In this document: positions 37,991 to 52,202 of the stretch, piece after piece
Layout of the letters: each line of letters opens with the position of its first letter
Position numbering within the stretch: position 1 is the stretch's first letter
Source: Octopus vulgaris
Taxonomy: Eukaryota
DNA length: 64,000 bases
Direction of reading: 5' to 3'
Assembly (NCBI GenBank): GCA_951406725.2
Contig: OX597814.1
Coordinates: 23,622,001-23,686,000 of the forward strand
Notes under the pieces: model-generated
Database searches by the model: none
Told to the model about the DNA's origin: nothing
The model's input: the letters and a program-made list of their open reading frames with translations, nothing else
Made by a program: the position numbers and the translations under genes

Positions 37991-39228
37991 TATGAGAAGG
38001 ATGAAAAGCAAAGCTGGTTTCAGCAGGATTTGATCTTATATAAAGGATCTTAACTAAGCACTTTAAGTGTATTTTTCAGATGCTCTAATAATTCTGCCAA
38101 TCCACCACTTTTGATACTAATGAAGAGTAGTATTGTGTAAATTGAAGTATGTTGAGATGTTAGTTGTGTACTTATATAGGCAAAAGAAGCAGATAAGAAA
38201 GATACACATGCCCAAAAAGGTCTGCTTAAACAACATTGAACATTCTCTGTATCATATTTCAGAGAAGTGGAAAATTCTCTCAATATTCTGTTGTGTCTGT
38301 GGAGAGTCATTTTCTTTTTGTGCCTTATAATTTAACACACTCACTGGTAAAATTTCCACTTATTTCTTATTTTTATTTTCCTAAACTTTTCGTTGTGTCT
38401 TGCAACCTTTTCAATAGTCTTTGACTCAAAATATGATTGGTTAAAATCCTGGAGTCGAGTTACTGTAGTTACAGATTTGGTACTGAAGTTTAACTCACAA
38501 AATATTGCTATAGCAAAGTACTAAATGTAACTCAGAATTAATGAAAAAAAAAAACCCCATCAATTTTTTTACTATATAAACCAACAAGGCTAGAATCTGC
38601 ACATTATTCAACACATATTAATCAAATTTTAATTATGAATCAGGTTATAATTAGTATTGTATTATGTCCATCTACATGCAATTTATTTTCACTTTAGCTG
38701 AGAATTCATTTTCACTTTCTGATTACTAAGAGAAAGTCAGAACATAAAACACACTCAATGTTCATTCATATATGTACTTTCATTCTTGTATATGGAGAGA
38801 AAAAGAAGGGTGAAGAAAGAAATATTCAAACAACACCTAAAATTTAATTCAGACCAATTTACTAGAAAGCCAGTTTTTCAGACTCATAGGCTGTTGGATA
38901 ATTTATTATTTATAGATTTGATAATGTGCCAGGATAATACATAATTTCAAACAGTCTCATGATATTTCAATACTAAAGATTTTATATAAACATACAAATG
39001 CAGACACACAGATGCACAGACACAGACACACATAGACACACAAACACACACACACATACATAATATAATCTGTCATTAAATATAGGACACTTAATATACA
39101 TTAGTACAGAATTCAGAAGAATTAAGAGAAAAGATCATCAATAATCATATCAATACATAAATACATACATATGTATATATCAGTATATGACGTTAACGCA
39201 CACACACACACATATGTGTATATATATA

Positions 39229-39470
39229 TCTATTATATATAAAATCCATTCTGTCTGTGTGTGTGTGTCTTCTAGGATCTCGGGCATCCTCCATCCGATT
39301 GCGCTCAAATTTGATATGTAGATACCGACATTATCAGGGCGTGTATGAGTTTTGAAAAAATTACAAAAATCGATTCCAGGTGAGAATGCAATTGATAAAG
39401 CCGTGGGAACGTGCATTTGTATGCACAAATACATCAGCTGCTATATAAAATCCGTTCTATCTGCTTACTA
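39229..39470 (+). mobile_element. Helitron-like non-autonomous fragment (second family)
   Basis: A|TCTATTATATATAAAA start, (TG)n, ccgattgcgctcaaatttg; ends near ctag. Confidence 0.5.
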
Positions 39471-39875
39471 GACTTCATTCTAAAGGGGTACCTACACATA
39501 CATAAACTCCACTCTTCTTATTACCCCTTTTGATTGGATTTAGATTACTCTAGCTTAAAGTTCTTCCTTATTATTCTAAATAATTCTGCTCCATCTATTG
39601 CACTCTGACTTCCTCAAACTACCAGCAACTCTAGGACCATATTCTCTCTTGCATTGAGAAAATACATTTCCCAAAGTCATCATACTCAATAATTTCAATT
39701 CTTACACATCTGCATGTCTCTAACACTCATTAATGGTGTTGGTGCAGCAGTTGAGTATTTTACCCTACTCACCTCCCTGTATCATCTTTCATCCGCAACT
39801 CGCATAGCAGATCAACTCACAGATGATGCCCTAGACACTCTTAAACACTTTCTAATCTCAAAATCTAACTTTTGC

Positions 39876-40090
39876 TCTTTTACACTTTTACTTGTTTCAG
39901 TCAAGTAACTGTGACCATGCTGGAGCACTGCCTTTAGTCAAGCAAATCGACCCCAGAACTTATTCTTTGTAAGCCTAGTACTTATTCTATCAGTCTCTTT
40001 TGCCGAACTGCTAAGTTACAGGGACGTAAACACACCAGCATCGGTTGTCAAGTGATGTTGGTGGGGACAAACACAGACACACAAACAAAT

Positions 40091-40126
<36 letters not shown>

Positions 40127-40294
40127 ATATATACGACAGGCTTTCAGTTTCTATCTACCAAATCCATTCACAAAGCTTTGGTCGGCCCGAGGCTATAGTA
40201 GAAGACACTTCCCCAAGGTGCCATGCAGTGGGACTGAACCTGGAACCATGTGGTTTGATAGCAAGCTACTTACCACACAGCCACTCCTATGCCT
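39876..40294 (-). mobile_element. SINE family A
   Basis: Full-length match. Confidence 0.9.
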
Positions 40295-41218
40295 ATAAAC
40301 TATAACAGTGAAACTATAACAATCTCTACCTAGACCCAGAAGATTAGACTTCTGAAATCTCCATCCAATTCTAGTCCTTCCTCCAGTTATCAACATGCAA
40401 CAGTTTATATGGAACATTAACAGCATCAATATTATCAGTCTCAGGGAGCCTACAAAGTTCATGGACACTGCTCCTTCCATCAGCAAATCCAAAAACGAAA
40501 AGGAAATTCAACAGAAGCCTTTTCCAACAAGTAGTAAACTATATTATGGATACATTTTTTTTAATAACATCAAAAATAAACACCAATATATGGTGTCAAA
40601 GGTATGTACAGCACTCACATAGTGACCTCATTAGAAAATTGTGTGGAAAATGTGCCACCTTGTTTTTTTCTTTTCTTATGAAACCTTGGGCCAGCTTTAA
40701 TCAGTCTTGTGGCAGATGAATAGTTAGCTATATAACGCTCAACCCACATCTTTCATCTTCTTACTTATTCCTGCTTGAGTCAGTTTTGTCTTTCATCCTT
40801 CTGGTGTTGATAAAATAATATATCAGTGAAGTGCTATCAAAGTTTAATTTAACTGATTTCTTCTACAAAATTTGAAACCTTTTACTTATGTTAGAAATCA
40901 ACACTCAATGCTACTGTATTTGTGCTGATAAAAACATAAAAAGTGCAGTGTTTTAAAAGCTCTGCAAATCACCAGTCAGAGGGAAGAAAATCCTATCTTG
41001 TGCTCAGAGAAGCTTATGAAAATCCGCTTAGTCAGTCTTAACAGTCTTTTAGGAAAATACAACAACACATTTGATTAATATCGCTGATATGGCCATCACA
41101 GTTTTTCTTTGACATCATATATATTTGAGATTAGATTAAGATGTATATTTACTTATGTTTAATACATAAAGGAGCTTAACTAAATGTAAAGGTGTGTCAC
41201 AACATATTAGTTAAAAAT

Positions 41219-41420
41219 GTTGGCACAAGGCCAGCAATTTTGGGGGAGGAGCTAAGTTGATTAAATTGGCCCCAGTGTTCTACTGGTATTTATTTTATCA
41301 ACCCTGAAAGGATGAAAGGCAAAAATCAACCTCTGCAGAATTTGAATTCAAAATGTTAATACATGAAATACTGCTAAGCATTTTGCCAGGTGAGCTAACG
41401 ACCTTGTCTGCTCACTGCCA
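41219..41420 (-). mobile_element. SINE family B (alternative tail)
   Basis: ggcacaaggccagcaattttgggg...gaaaggatgaaaggc...gaatttgaattc. Confidence 0.85.
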
Positions 41421-41688
41421 TAAAGAAACCAAATATCATAAAGTGTTTTGCCCACAACCCATGCCAGCATGAAACATGAACATAAAATGACAATTTATGA
41501 TGATTGACTGCCCTTAATAAATACTGTTAGGTAGAAAAATGAGGGGACTTATTTGTAGATACTGATTTGGTTGAAAATTAGGAAACTTGGAGTTTCTAAT
41601 CTTCCTGGACATTTCTCAATGATACTTCAATAGTTGTGCCAAACTCACAATTAACAATTAAAATGCAGAATATATTTCAATAATGATA

Positions 41689-41920
41689 TGGTGTGGCAGA
41701 AACGTTTGCACGCCGGGCAAAATGCGTAGCGGTATTTTGTCTGCCGCTACGTTTTGAGTTCAAATTCCGCCTAGGTTGAATTTGTCTTTCATCCTTTCAG
41801 GGTCGATTAAATAAGTACCATGTACGCACTGGGGTCGAGATAATCGGCTTAATTCGTTTGTCTGTCCTTGTTTGTCCCATCTGTGTGTAGCCCCTTGTGG
41901 GCAGTAAAGAAATAAGAATA
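41689..41920 (+). mobile_element. SINE family B
   Basis: ggcagaaacgtttgcacgccgggc...gagttcaaattccgcc...gccccttgtgggcagtaaagaaataa. Confidence 0.9.
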
Positions 41921-42702
41921 ATAAAATTTAAATTCATAATTATATACAATACATAATCTACTGCTGTGTATAAAAGTTTCCAAAACATCTGAAATAGCAG
42001 CTGGAGGAAGGAAACATTAAAGAAAGCAATCCTAGATACACTATATCTAAATAAAATGCAGGATGATCACAGCTAGTATGCCTTTGATCTTATAGGTTTG
42101 TTTAGTGAAGGTTGACCCAAGAGTGGGTGGATTAAACAATGACTAAAGTGATATTGACTGGTATTTTATTAATTATGACCAATAGTAATAAACATTTAAA
42201 TTAAAACATGGGGAGAAAAATAATAAAAAGTCAAACAGACAAATTGTATTTAATGATACATCAATAAATCTGTGACTGCTATCCTAGATTACAGATTTTA
42301 AAATGAAATAAAATAAAATGTGCAAAGCAATGGGAGATAGAGTGATAGTACTGAAGTAAAATTATATACATAAAGGATTATTTATTTGTTTGGCTATCTT
42401 CCAAATAGTTAATCAATGTTTATCTTGCCAAACTGCAACAACAATTTAATCAATAAATACTTAAAATAAGTGCTTTTATCTCTAACGATTACAAATAAAT
42501 GTTTAAGATTTTAAGAATACTGTTAACCTTAACAATTTGCCTGTAGCAGACAGTTTAATAGCCAAGGTACAACCTGAAATCTATAATTTAGATAAGCATA
42601 AAATTTAATAGCATATATATGTCTATATATATATATATATATATTTATATATGATGTACATACATATCTATATATATAAATATATATATTTATGTATGCA
42701 AG

Positions 42703-42735
<33 letters not shown>

Positions 42736-43829
42736 TATTTGTGTGTGTATACAAGCATGCATACATATATGTGTATATAGATAATCATATACACACATAC
42801 AAAATACACCATTGCGACTGATAACTGATACATGTAAAATAATTAAGAGAATAATTTTGATAGTAATACTATGATTACTAATAATTAAAATGATAATGAT
42901 GATGATAAGTGTCACGAGGAGGAGTGATTATTCAGCATTCATTATGTTAAGCTGTTTTGGGGTTTTTCCCAAACTAATAACGAAATAGCATATTTTTTTC
43001 ATCGTTAATTGTTCTATTTGTGACTTATTTTTAATGACTTATATTTAATGTTATTTTAATTTAGGTTGACAGCAAATGATATATAATGGAATGATTTTTA
43101 TATTTTTGATATTTTCCAGTATTTAAATCTCAGTTTCTTTTCCATTTGCTATATAGCAATCATTATATTATTTCCATTAAAATTCTTGGCTATATCAACA
43201 TGTATAACATTACATGAAGCTATTACTTCATGATAACATTCCTTGTAGACCAATTTTAAATATCTAATTCCTCTTTTATCTATTAATGATTACTGCAATT
43301 ATCCTTTGAGTAATTAAACCAGCGAGAATTTACAAGATATGCATAAACTATAACTTTGAATGTATAATCAGTACACAAACAACTGAATGAAAACTATGAC
43401 ATTCGCAAAAATTCAATTGTCACCTTGACTGAAATTTGCCAATACCCACCTCACTATATGTAGCATTAAATAAAATTTTGCACCTTGATTTGTTATTGTA
43501 TTTGAAGCATTTTCTTTCGGAGGAAGTTTTCTTGCTTTATCTCACTAAATGACAATAAAAAAAGTGAAAAAAATTCAAGTGTAAACCAAAGAGTAACCAC
43601 AGGATGATACATTGGATTCAAAGAAATATAGTGCGGTGCTCCAGCAAGGCTGAAGTCAAATGCCTGAAACAAGTAAAAGAATAAAATAATACACTATAAT
43701 GTGTGTGTGTATGTAATTTACGCACACACACACACACACACATACATACACGCAAGTATGTTTAGTGCTGACTGCCTGAAGAAAGACTAAGCAATACCAA
43801 ACTAGAGGTTAATGATATTTATACTTTGG

Positions 43830-43951
43830 TTGAGTCAGTCGCTTGTTACTATGAGCTTTGTCTGTAGTTGCACAAGGTTTTGAGACAACTTCAAGTAAGT
43901 GTTGTAACTGAGCTCACAAGCGAAGCTCAGAGTAGCAAGAGACTGACTTAA
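43830..43951. repeat. 122-bp hairpin with 31-bp imperfect inverted termini
   Basis: ttgagtcagtcgcttgttactatgagctttg pairs with cgaagctcagagtagcaagagactgacttaa. Confidence 0.8.
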
Positions 43952-44206
43952 CACACACACACACACACACACACACATGCACACATATAAATGCATTCAT
44001 ATTTGTTTTATGTTAAGTTGTTAAAAGAATTGCTCAATACTTTTCAGCAGAGTACATGTTTATTAAATTTTTACAAGAAGAAGGATAACAGCGACTTCAA
44101 ATTTTCAACCTGCTAGCATATATGTGAGTGTATATGGACCGTGTGTGTATCATTGGTGATATTTTTTTCTTCCGTCTTCCCTTCCTTGGATCTTTCTTTT
44201 TCCTAT

Positions 44207-44240
44207 GTTTCTGATGAAGAGCTCCACTTGAAACGTTAAA
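44207..44240 (+). ncRNA. Minimal hammerhead motif in a short Penelope-derived repeat (about 44100-44345)
   Basis: ttt-CTGATGA-A-GAG(ctcca)CTT-GAAA-C-GTT-aaa. Confidence 0.55.
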
Positions 44241-44869
44241 TCCTCCTTCTTTCTTTCCTTTCCTGGGCATCCAATAACACTATACTTGTTTCACGTCCTT
44301 GCATTGTTGTGTTTTCTCTTTGTGTTTTCATGTCTGGATTAACTTTATAAATACATACATATAATACTGATTCACAGGCATGCATTCACATGCATGTATA
44401 TATTTCTATGGATGTCCAACAATAATTTCTGTTGCTCAAAATCTAACATCTGAGAATAGGCTTTTTAAATTTCCAGGTGTATTGCAGTTTCCTTGGGGTT
44501 ACATTCTATTATATATCCTGATGTAGCAAAGAAATGGAAAATTAAAAACAGAAAATGGAAAACCCATTCACTGAGAAAAATCATGATACTAAAGGAAAAA
44601 AAAAATTTTTTAACTACTAAATCTATTTATAGATTTCTTGATTGACTTTGTGGTCATTGATGATTGCTAGTTTGTTTTTCCATTTGCATTCTCCTCCTAC
44701 TACTACTCTTCACTTCAATATCTATTTATTTTCCAATATCACATGGTGTTCAACCATCAATTGCTTTTCTTTTCATTATTGCTGTTATTTTGGCTAATAC
44801 AAAAAAGCAGATATTTAAAAAGATTATAGAGTCTGTGAGATTATGCCCCCACTGTGTGTCCATATATAC

Positions 44870-44909
<40 letters not shown>

Positions 44910-44967
44910 CTATGCGCATGTGTGTGTGTGCAGTTATGTGCTTGTCTATATCTACTTTATATAATTA

Positions 44968-45366
44968 CTAGCAGTATCGCCTGGCGTTGCTCGGGTTTGT
45001 AAGGGAAATAACTATATAAGCATTTTTAGAGAGTTATACCCAAAAAATAGCAAAAAAATGCATAAAGAATGGAAAACAAATGATGGTAAATTTTTTTTAA
45101 AATCGTTAACTCATCGTAGACATTTTTAGAGAGTTACTTCCCTTATATAATAGCGAAAAAAATGCATTAAAATAGAAAAAAATGATGGTAAATTTTTTAT
45201 TAAATCATAGACTCATTGTAGACGCGCGCTAATACCCAGAAGGGCTCGATATGAATCATGACTATAAGATACCCGGTTTTGGTTAAACTGCACCGCAAAA
45301 TGTGGGAGTAGTTAGGAATCTAAATCGTAGGAGACAGACACACAACTTCTCTTTTATATATAAAGA
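44968..45366 (-). mobile_element. Non-autonomous Helitron-like element
   Basis: 5' A|TC...hairpin...CTAG|T, inserted between A and T with no TSD; internal duplication of about 100 bp. Confidence 0.85.
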
Positions 45367-46329
45367 TAAACCAACAGATCCAAATATTGAGAGTCAAAGC
45401 TCATATACACATTTTAAATCATGTTGTTCGATGCTGGGTCACTGTTTATCTAATGTTGTCCCGTTGTATACAGCAGAATGGTCCCCGCTTTTGTGAGGAA
45501 GTGGGTAAAGGGTACATCATGCTATGTGGTTTAACTCTACCATCTGGCTCAAAGTTTCCTATTGTAAACTTTTATCTGCTGCAAATATTTGGACAGGGTG
45601 TTAATGCGACGTCACGATGCACCAAAATACACACTGATGCAGAAAAATTAAATAAATAAATAAAAGCAGACCCCCAACCTTATCTAATCCCCTTCTTTTT
45701 CTTTAACATCTGTTGACTTCAATCCAGCCTAACTCCCCCCCCACACACACACACAGATACATGTACTCCATATGCATCTCTTCTTGATAACATTCAAACA
45801 ACATATTCCTATTCCACTCTGAGGCACAAACTGTCCAGTCCTTAGCAATAATCCATCTTCGATGTCTATTCTACACTTTGTTCTGTAACTTCACTACAAA
45901 CAATTGCATTTGTGAATACATAGATTCCACCTTCCCTCTGTGAACAGGACATCAGATTTCAAAATTTTTTTTGTTTTTAGCATATTGTTAGACTACATCT
46001 TTTCATTGACCATATATATCCCTCTGTGTATTTGCACTAACATACTTCAGTATGAATGCACGTGCGTGCGTGTGTGTGTGTGTATGTGTGAGTGTACGTA
46101 CATATAGTACATATACTGAAAGGCCAGAATGGGAAAGTGTTCATACAAATTGAAGAATAGAATACCAGGAGGTACTGAACCAACTAATTCCAACAACAGT
46201 GACCATCTTTGACAATGGACCCCATCAATCACAGCTGGATGTATAGATTGGAAATATCAGAGAGGAAGTAGAAAGTGCAATCAAGTACTGATATACACAA
46301 TGATTCCAAAGTGCTTTTAACACTTTAAT

Positions 46330-46746
46330 ACTCTTACTCTTTTACTCTTTTACTTGTTTCAGTCATTTGACTGCGGCCATGCTGGAGCACCGCCTTTAGT
46401 CGAGCAAATCGACCCCGGGACTTATTCTTTGTAAGCCCAGTACTTATTCTATCGGTCTCTTTTGCCGAACCGCTAAGTGACGGGGACGTAAACACACCAG
46501 CATCGGTTGTCAAGCAATGCTAGGGGGACAAACACAGACACACAAACATATACACACACACACATATATATATACATATATACGACAGGCTTCTTTCAGT
46601 TTCCGTCTACCAAATCCACTCACAGGGCATTGGTCAGCCTGGGGCTATAGCAGAAGACACTTGCCCAAGATGCCACGCAGTGGGACTGAACCCAGAACCA
46701 TGTGGTTGGTTAGCAAGCTACTTACCACACAGCCACTCCTGCGCCT
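46330..46746 (-). mobile_element. SINE family A (least diverged copy, CpGs retained)
   Basis: Full length; aggcgcaggagtggctgtgtgg 5' end. Confidence 0.92.
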
Positions 46747-47125
46747 ATATAATAGCACATAAATTTTATAAAACATTGTTTTCATTACAATATTGTTTTC
46801 TTATATTCTTAATGCTATCTTTTTACAATTCTGTTTGAACATTTATTTGTTCATTCATTTCTTTTTACATGAATTTCTCCATGTTTTTCATGGGTTACAT
46901 GAATACATTACTGAGGCACTGTTTCACAGACAGATGCTCTTCTTGTCGCTAATTCTTACCTATTTTTCAAGTAGGAGGTCACTTATTTCACATGAGTTTG
47001 AAAGTGCAGAGCCAGAGCCAAAGCCAGCAAACATGCTGGTTGAACAAAGGAGCCCCCACTCAGGAAAATTAGGAAATATTTACATTGCTAGATACAGCTA
47101 CTAAATTTCACTCACATTATACCTG

Positions 47126-47356
47126 TTTCTTTACTACCCACAAGGGGCTAAACACAGAAGGAACAAACAAGGACAGACAAACGGATTAAGTCGATTACAT
47201 CGACCCCAGTGTGTAACTGCTACTTAATTTATCGACCTCGAAAGGATGAAAGGTAAAGTCGACCTCGGCAGAATTTGAACTCAGAACGTAAAGGCAGACG
47301 AAATATGGCTACGCATTTCGCCTGGCATGCTAACGTTTCTGCCAGCTCGCCGCCTT
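47126..47356 (-). mobile_element. SINE family B
   Basis: Full-length match to 8148-8380. Confidence 0.9.
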
Positions 47357-49144
47357 AAAAATGTATATTGTACAATAGTAGTATTGTTTACAAAAAAGGT
47401 TGGTATGACTATGGTCTACTTGGTTAAGGTTGAATTAAACTAAATAACACTTATGACTCCAACAGTCAATCTCAGATAAGAAATTGTTAGTGGTCTCATT
47501 CAAACTTGCCTCCAATTCATTCTGAGTTTTAATTCTGCTTTGTTATTGCTAATTTGCAATAAGTGATTTTGATCCATGTTAATCACATCCCATGCAAAAT
47601 ATTCATAGTTCATCATCAAATGGACACTTAATAAAAATATCACACTTTACATTGCTATACAGTTATTATTTTTTTTCTTTAATCTATAATATAGACATGT
47701 AGTGCTAGAATGTTTCACCAATAGTTCAAAAGCAGAATATAACCTGACTATTATTCTGTACTGAACATATCATTATTACCATACATGCAGACAAGCATTA
47801 CAAATTATCATTTTACTATAACTATTTGATTTATCAATCTCAAGAAATCCCATTTTAAAATTCCAGTGGTTTCTTTCTAGCCAAGTCATCATTAATTCTA
47901 TACTTTCTCTATTTTCTTAGCAGTGATTTTCTCCACATGAACATCCATCAAAGACTTCAAGGAGGCAGCTTTTAATTCCTTTGATTTCTAAGCATACTTT
48001 TAACATATGCAAGCACCTTTGATCTTTCAAGCTGACAATTCACACTTATTACACTATTTAGATCTACCTTGCATTCTTCAAAGTCACCACCATAGAGACG
48101 TATACACCTGACACACATGCATCATTAAAGTTCAAATTCTGCTGTGTGAACATTTCCCTAGATTAATATTGTAAAATTTCTGAATTTCTTCCAGCCAGCT
48201 ACTAGGAGAACAGGTTTTCCAACATCATTCCACAATATTATTAGCATTAACATTTATTTGGATACCAAGCTAAAAGGAAGTAAAATAATTTTACTAAATG
48301 AATCTAAATGATAGGAATTCAATAAAAATACTAAGTGATTTTGCATTGTGGTAAACTACTGTCCTGGCAGATTTGCATAAGGATATTAGCATATAGCCTT
48401 TAGCTTGTCATTATTTTCAATACAAAACAGTATTCACTATTGTTGCTTGATAATGGATAATGCTTCAGAAATATTGTGTCATTGTTTTAAAGAATCAGTT
48501 ATTTTGAATTACTTGATTTTCATCAATAAGTGTGAAATAAAAATGGAAAAATATATCTCAAGAAATATAAAGTTTAAAAAAAAAGTTTTGAATCAATGCT
48601 ATATTCTTTTTATTGATCAGGCCTTTGTTTGTATAGCTTATGAAACAGATTGCAATCTATATATTATTGACTTGTCAAGGTGTTTTTGAAGTATTGCAAA
48701 AAATAGAAGAATTGCTTGTCCATAGGGCACTGGTAGACACAATAAAGTATGACGATAGGAATGGAAATAAATTGCCTTGCTATATCTGTTGTATTCTTGA
48801 TTTTTCTTGATTATTGTCTAAGCAGTTATTTTACTTCATATTTCCATTGTTTTGAAGTACAAATCATGATGAATACTACTCATATATATTGTAGAATAAA
48901 ATATTCCTCACTGTGAAACTGCTTTGATGTATATATGTTAACAATCAACAGCAGCATCAGTGTACTTAGACATTTAAATATGGCTACTGCAATTCAAATT
49001 TTAGAGAAAGATTTATTTTTCTTATTGTAATTTCATTTAGCAAACAAATATTTTTAATCCAGGTCAAAAATCAGTTTTCAACAATTATGGTTTGCTAATA
49101 TTTCAGATATATTACAATAATGACTACTGCGATTGATATACATG

Positions 49145-49616
49145 TGATGTAAACAAGAGTGCATTCTGGTCCAAAAGCCAATATGAAAGTTTCTCTCATG
49201 TTATCTATCGCAGTATAGTTTGTTCCAACAGAACATCTCTGCTTAAGGGAGGATAAATATTACCTCACAGTATTAATATTACCCCTGTCACCAATATATA
49301 TACATTTTAACACGTTCACTGGCTAATCATGACACCAGTGCAGGCACTGTTTTTCTATATATCGCTGGTAGGGAGATGAATCACTGCTATCTCTAATAGT
49401 TGAGTGTCCATCATTGACAAGGTCAAGGAAGAGTGAAATCACGTGATAAGGGGACCAGGTGTTGGAGATAGTGGGGATTTATGTCACCACTGATGATATA
49501 AACAAGAATGCATTTTGTACCAAAAGCCAAATCAAACTTTTTCTCTCATGGTATCTACAATAGTATAGATTTTTCTAACAGAACATCCATGTTTAAGTGG
49601 AGATAAATATTACCTC
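49145..49616. repeat. Diverged direct repeat of about 122 bp (49145-49266 and 49494-49616)
   Basis: Shared taaacaaga.tgcatt, ccaaaagccaa, tttctctcatg, aacagaacatc, gataaatattacctc. Confidence 0.85.
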
Positions 49617-52162
49617 TAGATGTACATGTATATTTGTTATCATTTTTTACCTTTTTCGTCAAGATTGGTATTATTAGGTTAACAAATGAAAGAGCAGCTA
49701 ATTAAAAAATCTTCCAACCAATGGCTTATGATCCAGAATAGCCAGTGAAACCTAAAGTTTGTATAAAGGATATGTTGTTGATTGTGAATAAACAAGCTTA
49801 TATAATACAAACTTGAAAAGAAATAGAATGATATATGAATGGCAGTTATTATAATATAGTCTGGATTATATTTTTTCTGCAATAGGTATGCAATATGGTG
49901 TATGGATGACTCCTATATTTCTTAAGTGGCAAATAGAAATCAGAGATAATTTTTTTTCTAAGAGAAGAAATCTTTGTACCATCAATGTACTCTGTAAATA
50001 CCAGATATTTTAATGCCACTCAATTTCCATATACAATTTCATTTTTATTGAATTTTATTATTTTATTACCATATTATATTTTATTCTATGATCTTATTTT
50101 GAGAATGTCACACATCTTTGATTTTTAATGCAAATGATTATCTTTAAGACAGAGCAATTAATTGGGGTTGCAAGAAATGTCATGAGAGTGCTTTATTTCA
50201 ATTTAACCAGTCTGTTTGACATATTATGCTGGAGTTAAAACAAGAAGGCCAAGAAAATGCCAAAATATATAAGTTGACAATTTTATTAAAATAAATTTTT
50301 ACATTACAGAGGTTGAACTGAGAGGAGACATTTCAGCCAACATTAGATTATGCAGTAGATAGGATTATCTAAAAGACTGTGCTTAATATCTTTGGAAATT
50401 CTCTTTAACATGACATAAAAAGAGGAGGTGCCAAACAGTGCTGAAAATCAAGTTCATTAGTTGAAAGCAGCCAGCTTATAGAATCCCGTTATTAAAAGGT
50501 AACCTAATCTTACAAAAATCCTCACTTTGCTTCTTTAATAATGACAAGCAAACGAAACATGAATACAATACTGTAAATAGAAATTGATCTATAGATACCC
50601 TAGGACCTTCGATTACCTGCTATGGTGCTATTTTCTGATATATATAAAAAAAAACAAATGTTTTCATTTTTGATCGGAAAACTGATACCAAGAAGCAACC
50701 TAACTGAACAAAAGAAATTTTTAAAATGGTAAATACTACATTCATCAGAAAGAAATATTCCCCCTGAACTTTAAGAATACAAACACCTCTTTGTTAGAAA
50801 AGTATTGCATTCTTTAAAATGTAACTATAACGTGGAATTCTAGAATCAAAAATATATTTCTCATTGACATTTATGTGACAAGAAAGTCAGTAGAAAATAG
50901 GTTTTATGCTATGAAATTCTACATGATGACACAATTTTCAGGAATGCAATGTTTCTGAAATGCAGGGGATGCATTTTTTAATTGTTTGGCAGAAATCATT
51001 GTGGATAGAAGAAAGACATGCAAACAAAGGTACAATGATTTGGCTCTAAGATTGCATATTAATATGTAACAAATTTTTTGAACTAGATATATGATCATTG
51101 AAAAATCCTGACTTCACCTTGAGTGTATATTGCATTTAGGGTTTACTGCAATTTCAAATATAGCCCAATGGTGAAAAATAGCATATATAGACACTCTAAG
51201 AGTTATTGTGACAAAATTCCACTCCTCTTGGGATAATCAAAAATGGAATTGGAACATAAACAGAAGACTTACTGAAATACATTGAGGCGGATAGATAGAA
51301 TGGATAATTCTTTGAACATTTCTGATTTATTTTCTGTTTCTAAATACATACTACAAAATTGTTTAAGTATTTTTTTTAAGCACTAAAATCTATCATTGTA
51401 AATGCTATGAATAAAATAACTACCAGAAAGAATCACAATACCTATCAGAAATTTTATTGCAGTTGGTGCTCAAATTCTTCTCATCATCCTTGTATAAAAG
51501 TTTAAATTGAAGTGTAATTTGCTATATACTATGTTTATATTATAATTTGATTTAATGATAAAACTATTTATATGTAAACCTGCCCACTTCATATTAAGCT
51601 ACAGAATAGTGTGTGCTATTGAAATTTGTTTGACTCAATCCATCTCTTCATTTCCTTCACATGGTCAAATAACTGTAATCTCGTGTATGTATGTCAGAAT
51701 GACAATTTTCCCCATTTTCATGATTTATAACTATTGATTCTCTCTCTTGCATGCAACAATATTGCCTCTATAACAGTTTATAATGAAGCAGTATGGCAGT
51801 GCTCAGGTGTTAGATTCTCATTCACAATTTAGCTTGATGGATATATAGTTGAATCATCTCAATTTAAAGTCATTGTAAAGAGCCCAACTGTTAACTGCTT
51901 TCCTGTTCTGTAGTTATTAATTACTTCTCTTTGCCATTTATTTTTATATTTATACCTTGTTCTTTGAACTGATTTACAACATATTGACAGTCTAACCACT
52001 TAAACTGTACATTTAGCATATACTTATAATACTTATATCTTTCTTCCATCTTCACTTAGATTGCTCAGATAAGCGTAATGAAAGTATGCACCTATTATGT
52101 CTCAGTTTACTTTCTTTTATCTATAGTTCATTATTGTACATTCTCTCCATGTAAATAAAATG

Positions 52163-52202
<40 letters not shown>

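Noticed and set aside
23698-50498. Plus-strand splice-like sites (acceptors near 23697, 36272 and 50309; donors near 36713 and 50499)
   Set aside because: Isolated, with no ORF continuity; expected by chance in AT-rich DNA
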